Translations under genes and position numbers: made by a program
The notes under the pieces: generated by a model
Told to the model about the DNA's origin: nothing
Database searches by the model: none
Seen by the model: the letters and a program-made list of their open reading frames with translations, nothing else
Virus record (IMG/VR): IMGVR_UViG_3300020044_008704
Location: 1 to 39,983 of that record
Origin: a virus
Lineage: Duplodnaviria > Caudoviricetes
Length of the DNA: 39,983 bases
Direction: 5' to 3' (one strand)
Shown: positions 8,473 to 15,732 of the stretch, one piece after another
How the letters are laid out: each line of letters opens with the position of its first letter
Numbering within the stretch: position 1 is the first letter of the stretch

Positions 8473-8577
8473 AAACCCTAACCCTAATAACCTTCCTCCT
8501 TTTCTCCTCTTGCTCTAGTGAGAGGGATTATAGTTGGGGTAGGTTTTATAATAATTATCAATCAAATAACTAAAACA

Positions 8578-9021
8578 ATGGGTTTAAACAACACAACAAA
8601 ATATAGAGTAGGCAATAAATTCATCAACGGCAAAGTAGATCAAAACCAATTTGACTTTGAGAATAAAGGTAATTATGGCAAAGGTAGATTAACTTGGTCA
8701 ACTGCGATTAAAAAGAATGGTCAAACAACTTTTGAAAGTTCATCAATTGGGTTTGTGTGTTTTGGTGAGAATATTTCTATTATTGAAAATAATTTAGGTT
8801 CTAAGTTCAATATTGAAGGAACTATTGCCCAAAAAAGGAATCCTAACGCTACTGGAGATCAACCTAAAACTTACTGGCAAATAGTTGTTTTTGGTGTAAA
8901 TATTTTAGAAGATGACCAGTTTGAAAAAGCGGCTAAAGCGGTTGATAAGCATAACAAAGCTAAAGCTAATGCTTTTGTGGCAGAGGAAGAGTTTGTGGAT
9001 GATGATTTTCCAGCATTTTAA
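8578..9021 (+). CDS. ssb: single-stranded DNA-binding protein
   Basis: OB-fold-like core (FVCFGE...IEGTI) and acidic tail EEEFVDDDFPAF. ATG at 8578. Confidence 0.75.
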   Translation: MGLNNTTKYRVGNKFINGKVDQNQFDFENKGNYGKGRLTWSTAIKKNGQTTFESSSIGFVCFGENISIIENNLGSKFNIEGTIAQKRNPNATGDQPKTYWQIVVFGVNILEDDQFEKAAKAVDKHNKAKANAFVAEEEFVDDDFPAF

Positions 9022-9047
9022 TTTATTTTTAACTAAAACTAACTAAT

Positions 9048-9218
9048 ATGACAATATTCAATATAGTGTTTGGGATTTGGGCTTTTTCTTTGCTATTATC
9101 AGCGATAGCTTACGCAGAACCTACTCTTGAGATTGAATCATCAAAAGCAGCTTACGCAATGAAGTTTTGTTTGTTGGGTCTTTTTATTATGGCAATAATA
9201 TCAATTTTTATAAATTAA
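9048..9218 (+). CDS. small membrane protein (56 aa)
   Basis: Hand-translated; two hydrophobic segments. Confidence 0.5.
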   Translation: MTIFNIVFGIWAFSLLLSAIAYAEPTLEIESSKAAYAMKFCLLGLFIMAIISIFIN

Positions 9219-9235
9219 CTTTTATTTATAGATTT

Positions 9236-9463
9236 ATGACAAGAGAACAGCGAATAGCAGAGTTAAAAAAAGATTTAAATTCTGCTAAAAATGAATCTTC
9301 AACTTATTTTTGCGGGTTTAAAGATTGTTTCAGTAAATCACAAATCATAATTGAAGACTTACATGTAGAGAATGAGAAGCTGAAAGAGAAGCTAAAGCAA
9401 GAATCAGAGCAAAGAGATTTTTATCGCAATAAATGGCTAGAGGAGCAAAACAACAATGAATAA
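9236..9463 (+). CDS. hypothetical coiled-coil protein
   Basis: Likely ATG at 9236 (MTREQRIAELKK). Confidence 0.65.
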   Translation: MTREQRIAELKKDLNSAKNESSTYFCGFKDCFSKSQIIIEDLHVENEKLKEKLKQESEQRDFYRNKWLEEQNNNE

Positions 9464-9665
9464 ACCACAAGATTTTACTATAGATTTAGATAAATTATTA
9501 GAGGCATCCGTGGAAATGCAAATTGCCATTATTAGCCATAGAATGAATTTAGATATGGCAAGGGGAGGGTTATTAAAAAATCCAAATTTTGCAGCAGAGA
9601 TGGCTCACAATAAATTAGTAAATTGTATCAAAAATCTTAAGAATCTCCTAGAATATGAAGAATAA
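9456..9665 (+). CDS. hypothetical protein
   Basis: GAGGAG upstream; overlaps the previous stop. Confidence 0.65.
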   Translation: MNKPQDFTIDLDKLLEASVEMQIAIISHRMNLDMARGGLLKNPNFAAEMAHNKLVNCIKNLKNLLEYEE

Positions 9666-9685
9666 AACCAACCCAAAACCAAACA

Positions 9686-10093
9686 ATGGCAAAATTTGAA
9701 GAAGCAAAAATACAAGAAGCAATCGTAAATCGATTTAATGAGTTGGTTTTTTATAGGCAACTAAATCAATTATGTTTTTTATATTCAAATAGAAATGAGA
9801 ACAAAGGCATAGCAACTGGTGCAATTTATAAAAGAATGGGTAGGAAGGCGGGAATCCCAGACCTAACGCTTGTTTATGGCAAGGGATGTATTGCTTATAT
9901 TGAAGTTAAAACGCCGTCAACTCATAAAACAAAGAAAGGCGTTGAAACTAAATCAAAAGGGATGAGCGAAGATCAGATTGATTTTTACAACGAATATATA
10001 GAGCCAATGCAAATACCATTTGCAGTCTGTTCAAGCATTAATGATTTTGAGAATTTTGTTTGGTTTTTAAAGAAAAGAGCGGGGAATTTATGA
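9686..10093 (+). CDS. VRR-NUC family nuclease (putative Holliday junction resolvase)
   Basis: EAKIQ...MGRKAGIPDL...YIEVK...MSEDQ PD-(D/E)xK motif. Confidence 0.88.
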   Translation: MAKFEEAKIQEAIVNRFNELVFYRQLNQLCFLYSNRNENKGIATGAIYKRMGRKAGIPDLTLVYGKGCIAYIEVKTPSTHKTKKGVETKSKGMSEDQIDFYNEYIEPMQIPFAVCSSINDFENFVWFLKKRAGNL

Positions 10094-10227
10094 AATATCT
10101 CTACTTAATCTTTAGGCTGTTCAAATGCAAATATGCGGGAAATTATTTCTTTGTTTGGTTTGAATTTATGCCAAGAGAATATTGCCGATGTTCCAAATGT
10201 GGAGAATATAAATCGTTTAAAGTATAA
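10090..10227 (+). CDS. small Cys-containing protein (45 aa)
   Basis: Hand-translated MKYLYLIFRLFKC...CRCSKCG; ATGA coupling. Confidence 0.5.
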   Translation: MKYLYLIFRLFKCKYAGNYFFVWFEFMPREYCRCSKCGEYKSFKV

Positions 10228-10401
10228 GCATTTTTGATAAACTGGGGTAACTTTCTTATAGATATATCTAGTTTATCAAGATATAGCGGAAATTGTGTAT
10301 AACTGTATAAACTTTGTATAACTTATATGTCAACATTTAACCCCTAACCATTGACTTTCAAAAGAAAATGGCAACAGTTTTAACAACTAATAAGATTTAC
10401 A

Positions 10402-11313
10402 ATGACAAACAATAACGAGAATAATTTAGAAGTGAAAATGCCGGTGGTTGGCAGTAAATATAAACCATTTTATTCAACGGGGCTTGAAAGTGAGGTAATC
10501 TCTGTTGATAAAAATATCATTACTATTAGAAATTGTAAGACTGGAATCGATCACAAATGGTCAATTAACAAATTTTTTACTAATTTTGTTCCTGTCTTAG
10601 ATTTGGCTGAAGAACTCCCAGACCAAGACAATGGCAATAAACCAGTAGAAACAGAAGAAAAACCAGATTCCCTTCCTATTCAAGAATCGAACGGAACAAA
10701 AAACATGGAGGTTGAAAAGGCTAAAGAAGAATTAAATAATATACTTAACAATAAGCAACCAGTTCCTGATGTAGAGGGTGACATCTCTATTTATAAGAAA
10801 GAGTTTCTTTATGAAAGTTGGAATCTATTGAGACATTATGCCCAAAACCTCCTTAACGCTATGGATGATTCTAATATACCAGAAAAGGGTGATTGTGGTA
10901 TAGGGGAAGAAAGTTTAAAAGATGGTCTTACAGCTTTAAAATGGAAAGAAGCAGGAATGAATTATTTTTCTTCTTCTAAATATGCTGATAAAAAATCGGA
11001 AGAAACAAACAATAAAGCTAAATCTATGCACGATGAATTTGTCAAAAGCCTTGTGGACAAGCCTAAACCTACTCTATGGAAACCAGTAAGTGAGTTGCCA
11101 GAAGAATTAAAATATCCAAGTCAATACATCATTGAAGTTGGAGCAGAAAAGTATTTAGCAACAGTAAATACTTGCGGTCTATTTTCAGTGGGCGTTGGTC
11201 ATAAATTTGGTGAGGCTGCAATAAAAAGATTAGTTAGTCTAACCGACTACATCAACCACCAAGAAGAGCTAGAGAAAAGAGTAGAGAGACTTGAACATTT
11301 ATTAAAATATTAA
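10402..11313 (+). CDS. hypothetical mosaic protein
   Basis: 303-aa ORF with a DUF551-like WKPVSELPE motif near the C-terminus. Confidence 0.75.
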   Translation: MTNNNENNLEVKMPVVGSKYKPFYSTGLESEVISVDKNIITIRNCKTGIDHKWSINKFFTNFVPVLDLAEELPDQDNGNKPVETEEKPDSLPIQESNGTKNMEVEKAKEELNNILNNKQPVPDVEGDISIYKKEFLYESWNLLRHYAQNLLNAMDDSNIPEKGDCGIGEESLKDGLTALKWKEAGMNYFSSSKYADKKSEETNNKAKSMHDEFVKSLVDKPKPTLWKPVSELPEELKYPSQYIIEVGAEKYLATVNTCGLFSVGVGHKFGEAAIKRLVSLTDYINHQEELEKRVERLEHLLKY

Positions 11314-11332
11314 CAATTAAATATTAGAGATT

Positions 11333-11743
11333 ATGGTGGCAATAAACAATTTAAACGGCAATGTCAAAGGGGTTGAGGGAAAAGTAATTTATCGTGAACA
11401 ATTACCAGAAAATTTGCTATTTGTGGTAGTTAAAAAATACTTACCTATACAAATTAAAGATGGTGTTTATGCTTTTTCATCTAAGTTTCAAATTGATTGC
11501 GGAATTTGTAAAAACCAAATTCAAGACACTGGATCAATTCATTATTTTCATCCGTCAAGGTCTCCACAGCCGTTTAATCAACAGCTTAGAGAATTTAAAA
11601 CAAAAGACGGATTTGTCGCACGAGAGTATGATTGTGGAATTTGTGAGACTAATAAAGATAATAAACCAATTTCAAAAATAACTGAATTTGCAGTTGAAGT
11701 TCCCGAGAGTTTTATTCTTGGTTTATTAAAGAATAGCTATTGA
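11333..11743 (+). CDS. hypothetical protein with two CxxC motifs
   Basis: DCGICK and DCGICE. Confidence 0.7.
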   Translation: MVAINNLNGNVKGVEGKVIYREQLPENLLFVVVKKYLPIQIKDGVYAFSSKFQIDCGICKNQIQDTGSIHYFHPSRSPQPFNQQLREFKTKDGFVAREYDCGICETNKDNKPISKITEFAVEVPESFILGLLKNSY

Positions 11744-11858
11744 TTAGAAATGCTAACCGAACCCCGAAAAGGCTTTGCCTTTACACTTTTTTGCAACTAT
11801 CAGAAGTAAAATAGCTGGTGGAAATAAAAGTGAACTTATTAATTTTAAAAATTTAGTA

Positions 11859-12026
11859 ATGTCTAACTGGGTAAAATATAAAAATAACTTTCCAAAAAAT
11901 TTAGATTTAATTGCTAGTTTTAGTTACGGAGCTGGTGGCGTTTCAGTTAACTTCTTTTCATCTAGTGGAAGTGTATCGAGTTGGTTTTGTGGTAATGAAG
12001 ATAAGTGTTTGGAAGTGGGTCAATAG
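11859..12026 (+). CDS. hypothetical protein
   Basis: ATG 11859 (MSNWVKYK...). Confidence 0.4.
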   Translation: MSNWVKYKNNFPKNLDLIASFSYGAGGVSVNFFSSSGSVSSWFCGNEDKCLEVGQ

Positions 12027-12089
12027 CTAGAACAATGTTTGTTAGAGCCTAATAATAAATTAAGAATTTTTAAAGATGTTTAAAGAATA

Positions 12090-12551
12090 TTTGGCGTAAT
12101 CAATAACCCTAAACAAGCCTCTTAACAATGCTCAAGGTGTTTAGATTAGGTGTTGATCGTCCAAGTTAGTCTCTGAAAAGAGCAGTCTATATTGGCACTG
12201 ACTAGTATAGATATAGCTTTTAATGCGGGATTGCATCCGTTGACTGATAGGAAAGACTATCTCTGGTAATCGCCAAAGTAAAAGGGTCGTTCACAGTTTT
12301 ATCACTTTTAGTCTGTATTCTTGTGTTTTTATCAAGTCTAATGAAAAAGTGAGTCAATGTCTTTAATCACTGTTTATCGGGGGTTAGAGAATTGAAATAA
12401 GGCTAACGGTAAATAGTAATTGATGCTACTCAGCCTTATGACGATAAGGTTTATTTACCCGATCGTAGTTGAGCCAAAAGCCATCACCAAGTTTATTAAT
12501 ATTGGTGCATCTTGCTAGCACAAGAACGAGTATTTAGATTTGGTGGTGGTT
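12090..12551 (+). ncRNA. putative structured non-coding RNA (multi-hairpin)
   Basis: No ORF of 60 aa or more in this stretch. Stems include TTTGGCG/CGCCAAA, CTCT-GAAA-AGAG, GATAG-GAAAGA-CTATC, GGTAAATA/TATTTACC, and a 17-bp GU-rich stem at 12479-12551. Confidence 0.5.
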
Positions 12552-12563
12552 TAATTTTTATAT

Positions 12564-12808
12564 GTCGGGGTGGCGGAATAAGACGCTAGAGTGAAATTTT
12601 TTTGAGCTTGGTTCGTATGGGTATATCAAAATAAATTATCTTTGATCAAGGGAAGATATGCTCCAAATAAATTGCAGTTAATTTGCCATATTTTTGCTTA
12701 AGAAAATATATGGTGCAGAGTGGTAGCTTAAAAAATTATAAGTAGTGTAGGTGAAATTCCTTACTAAACTCCAAGTTTGCAAACTGAAATTGTTTGCCCC
12801 CGACACCT
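12564..12808 (+). ncRNA. tRNA-like element with ~190-nt insertion in place of the anticodon arm
   Basis: Acceptor GTCGGGG/CCCCGAC+A, D-arm GCG-GAATAAGA-CGC, T-arm GCAAAC-TGAAATT-GTTTGC. Confidence 0.6.
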
Positions 12809-12908
12809 CCCCGTGGTAGCGACAGAGGGTTCTTGGGTAATGGAGAGATAGAAGCTCTTGATCCCCTGATACTGGGGAAGGCTTGACAGCTCGGAAAGAC
12901 GGCAACAA

Positions 12909-12982
12909 GCGGGATTAGCTTAATGGTAAAGCTCTTGCCTTCCAAGCAAGCGATGAGTGTTCAACTCACTTATCCCGCTCCA
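12909..12982 (+). tRNA. tRNA-Gly (anticodon TCC)
   Basis: Acceptor GCGGGAT/ATCCCGC, D-arm GCTT/AAGC, anticodon arm CTTGC-CTTCCAA-GCAAG, T-arm GAGTG-TTCAACT-CACTT, T discriminator and encoded CCA. Confidence 0.93.
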
Positions 12983-12983
12983 G

Positions 12984-13053
12984 CAATATGTCGTCTAAGA
13001 TAAGACTTGCCAGCAATGGATAGATGCAGGTGTCGAATCCTGCCATATCACCA
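12984..13053 (+). ncRNA. tRNA-like element lacking an anticodon loop (GCAA tetraloop)
   Basis: ATATG/CATAT acceptor, GTCT/AGAC D-stem, CCA-GCAA-TGG, T-arm GCAGG-TGTCGAAT-CCTGC, 3' ACCA. Confidence 0.55.
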
Positions 13054-13058
13054 ATTAC

Positions 13059-13155
13059 GGCACTGTGGCGGAATATAGTGTTTAAATAAGGAGGAGTTGG
13101 CTACCGAAACGCAAACTATGCGTGAGCTTCGCAAGTTCGAGTCTTGCCAGTGCCA
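13059..13155 (+). ncRNA. tRNA-like element with aberrant D/anticodon region
   Basis: Perfect acceptor GGCACTG/CAGTGCC+A, canonical T-arm GCAAG-TTCGAGT-CTTGC, 5' TGGCGGAAT. Confidence 0.6.
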
Positions 13156-13290
13156 CTAAAACAAAAAATCAATAACCCACCACACCAAAGCCACAACCAG
13201 CGGCACAAAAGCCCAGCCGTATAAGTCCAATCTTAATCTTGCGTATAAATTCTTTAAACCCTGTATTCTGAATCCTCGTAAGAAAAAAAA

Positions 13291-13668
13291 TTAAATTTGC
13301 CAATGAGGTCTATCAACAAACTCCCAATCTCCGCCCCAAGTTATCTTGATGCCTAATTTCTTGGCGATGAATTTAACATAATCAGCAAAAACGATATGCC
13401 CAAGTCTATCATCCCATCTTATAGGATAAGGTAAAACATCCACAGCAAGAGATAAAGGTTGTTCTTTACTGATTTGGTGCTTTGACTTCTTCTTGATACC
13501 GTCAAGTTTAGAAAATCCACCTTTAAATGCTTTTTGTTGGTCTTCAAGTGTTCTTGCTCCACAAATAATTGTGCAGTCTTTTTCTTTTATAACTTCGTTA
13601 AAAAGTTTTTGTAGGTCGGGGTGGCAGGTTGCTAACTTTGAGGCGGATGATTTGCTAAATTTAGGCAT
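13291..13668 (-). CDS. endolysin, peptidase M15 family (L-Ala-D-Glu peptidase-like)
   Basis: CHPDLQKL, RTLEDQ, SKH...AVD, WGGDW..DRPHWQ. Confidence 0.92.
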   Translation of the reverse strand: MPKFSKSSASKLATCHPDLQKLFNEVIKEKDCTIICGARTLEDQQKAFKGGFSKLDGIKKKSKHQISKEQPLSLAVDVLPYPIRWDDRLGHIVFADYVKFIAKKLGIKITWGGDWEFVDRPHWQI

Positions 13669-13705
13669 ATTTTCTTAAAATAATTATTTTCATTTATACA
13701 ATTCT

Positions 13706-13930
13706 TTAAATATCATCCCAGAAAGTATTATATTTCTTACAATTTTCAGTAAAATCGGGATTATAATTTTTACAGAATTTGCAATATTTCCTATTTGAGA
13801 ATTCAATTCTATTGTTTACTGGCTCTTTACCAATATCTTGATTAAATAAAACCCAGCAAACATTATTATTTCGATTTAGATTGTGGCAGCTACTTAGTAG
13901 AAGAAGGCTTAATATTCCTAATATTTTCAT
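13706..13930 (-). CDS. lipoprotein (second o-spanin-like?)
   Basis: MKILGILSLLLLSSC lipobox with ATG at 13930; Cys-rich mature part. Confidence 0.6.
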   Translation of the reverse strand: MKILGILSLLLLSSCHNLNRNNNVCWVLFNQDIGKEPVNNRIEFSNRKYCKFCKNYNPDFTENCKKYNTFWDDI

Positions 13931-14210
13931 ACCGTTTCCAACATTCTTTCTTGCTTTTATCAGTTCTTGAATCTGGGCATTCACAAACTCTAGTAGTCTC
14001 TTCAACTTCTATATACTTAAACAAAGTTGGTGATATTTTTGTAAGGTCTTTTTTTACTTCTTCGTTTAAAGTAAGCGGTGTTTTTAATGAGCAATAATTA
14101 TTCAAGACTATAGGCGTTTTCTTCTGTGAGCCATTGCATCCACTTATCAACATAATCATCAGTAGGAACAGGAAGAGAAATAATCTTTTGTTGTTTAGTT
14201 TTAACTTCAT
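13890..14210 (-). CDS. putative o-spanin (Rz1-like lipoprotein)
   Basis: MKLKLNNKRLFLFLFLLMIMLISGC lipobox; overlaps the i-spanin in another frame. Confidence 0.65.
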   Translation of the reverse strand: MKLKLNNKRLFLFLFLLMIMLISGCNGSQKKTPIVLNNYCSLKTPLTLNEEVKKDLTKISPTLFKYIEVEETTRVCECPDSRTDKSKKECWKRYENIRNIKPSSTK

Positions 14211-14379
14211 TGGTTGCCTTTTGGTTGATAATAACTTGCTCTTGACGCTCATTTTCTATAGTTGTTATTTTTGCGTTGCATTTCATTTGTTCTAATTCCC
14301 TTCCCTTTGAGAATGAAATGTAAATTACAAAAATAAATAATATTACAGCACCAGCAGTTAGATATTCTTTTAATTTCAT
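14098..14379 (-). CDS. putative i-spanin (Rz-like)
   Basis: N-terminal TM followed by a coiled coil; within the lysis cassette. Confidence 0.65.
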   Translation of the reverse strand: MKLKEYLTAGAVILFIFVIYISFSKGRELEQMKCNAKITTIENERQEQVIINQKATNEVKTKQQKIISLPVPTDDYVDKWMQWLTEENAYSLE

Positions 14380-14609
14380 TATTTTCTTCTCCTAAAAAAT
14401 TCAGAAGCAACAACCCCACTAAAACCAAAAGTAGCAAGCCAAACACTATCAACTAGATCAATCGCAAGAATGAATTTATCATTTAACAATAAGACGCCAA
14501 GCGTTAGTAATGTTGTAATAATGGCAACCAACAAAGCAGTTAAGAACCCTAGCCTTTTGGAGCTTAAACAACCATTACTATCTTGTAAAAATTCTTTTAA
14601 TTTAGTCAT
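14379..14609 (-). CDS. putative holin
   Basis: Two TM segments, SSKR motif, basic C-terminus RRRK. Confidence 0.65.
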   Translation of the reverse strand: MTKLKEFLQDSNGCLSSKRLGFLTALLVAIITTLLTLGVLLLNDKFILAIDLVDSVWLATFGFSGVVASEFFRRRK

Positions 14610-14961
14610 TTCTTTTAGAATTTAAGTATTTTTTGTATTCTTCTAATTGTTTTAAAGTTTCTCTATTAATATCTAACATTTCAAGCAAAACCCCTTCATT
14701 TTTCTTTAGTGTTCCGTGGTGTTGCTCTCTATAGCCTATTACTTCCTCTTTATATTTTTCAACTTCATGTCGTAAAGTTGTAATTTTTTCTTCAACAATC
14801 AAACCAATATCTGATCTAAATTTACCAATTGTGGCATCATAAATAAAGTCTGCAATTTTTTTTCCTAAATACACAACCAATCCCCCCATTACACACCAGA
14901 TACCTAGTGTTGTTCCGAATGCAATATCATTCAATTTCTCGTTGATTCTTTCTGTTGTCAT
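14602..14961 (-). CDS. membrane protein (holin/antiholin-like)
   Basis: One N-terminal TM followed by a coiled coil; first gene of the lysis cassette. Confidence 0.55.
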   Translation of the reverse strand: MTTERINEKLNDIAFGTTLGIWCVMGGLVVYLGKKIADFIYDATIGKFRSDIGLIVEEKITTLRHEVEKYKEEVIGYREQHHGTLKKNEGVLLEMLDINRETLKQLEEYKKYLNSKRND

Positions 14962-14991
14962 TATTTAACAAATTACATTATTATTTAACTT

Positions 14992-15729
14992 CTAGGCACT
15001 AATATTATATTTGCCCATTAAGTAGGTCTCAACGATTGATTTTTCTGAATCAGATAGATACCTGTCATACATAATTATTTCAGCAATATCACCAAAATAA
15101 TAACTTGATGTAAGATTCCTGCCGATTTGAGCATTATTATTTGATAACAAATTAGCCGTTATATCTGGAGTACCGCCTAATACTGCAGATAAGGTTTGGC
15201 TTACTCCGTTTATATGTAAATTTTTGCCAATTGAGGAGCTAAATCGGTAAGAATTAACTCTTGGTATTGCTGTAGAGAAAGATGCTATAGGCGTATCCCA
15301 GCCATTAGAGGTTTGGCTAAATGCACTTCTTGCATTAAGTCTATAGCCTAAAAATAAATTGTGGTTTAAGGTTATTGAGTCGTTAGCACCGATATAATAG
15401 TTATTACTCTTACCGCTCGATCTTCTTTCTACTGCAAAAATACTATAGTTAGTTTCTGCGAGAAATGTACCATCAAAGGAAAAGAAATTACTAGAGCCGT
15501 TAAATTGTATAACTGGCTTACCATCTAACGAATTTGTAACATAAGTTGGTCTGGCACTTCCTGACGCAGTAGCGTTTCTTTCATTACCACTTTTATCACT
15601 CCATTGGTCAACAACATTACCCTCTGATAAAGTTATTGTTGATAAATCCGTAGAGTCTAGCCACATCGCTAACCCAGAAGGTAAATATCCACCTCTTACT
15701 CCAAATAATCCAGAACTGTTTATTGGCAT
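14992..15729 (-). CDS. LamG/concanavalin A-like lectin-fold virion protein
   Basis: WLDSTD...QWSDKSGN..A, FGDIAEIIMYDRYLSDSE..VETYLMGKY. Confidence 0.85.
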   Translation of the reverse strand: MPINSSGLFGVRGGYLPSGLAMWLDSTDLSTITLSEGNVVDQWSDKSGNERNATASGSARPTYVTNSLDGKPVIQFNGSSNFFSFDGTFLAETNYSIFAVERRSSGKSNNYYIGANDSITLNHNLFLGYRLNARSAFSQTSNGWDTPIASFSTAIPRVNSYRFSSSIGKNLHINGVSQTLSAVLGGTPDITANLLSNNNAQIGRNLTSSYYFGDIAEIIMYDRYLSDSEKSIVETYLMGKYNISA

Positions 15730-15732
15730 ATA

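Noticed and set aside
12024-12083. Amber read-through or alternative genetic code (frame stays open 18 codons after TAG)
   Set aside because: TAG terminates clear genes (portal, initiator, LamG protein), core genes are uninterrupted in code 11, and there is no suppressor tRNA.
12564-12808. Canonical tmRNA (ssrA)
   Set aside because: No GGGG 5' end with a G3-U70 pair and no recognisable tag peptide. Kept only as a tRNA-like element.
12805-12880. HDV-like/theta ribozyme (ACC-TCCCCGT-GGT resembles P3/L3)
   Set aside because: I could not build convincing P1 and P2 helices, and their 5' strands would fall inside the tRNA-like element. An RNArobo/Infernal search would settle it.
12678-12945. Minus-strand ORFs of 76 and 69 aa
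   Set aside because: They are antisense to the tRNA and tRNA-like elements, have atypical composition and lack ATG starts.
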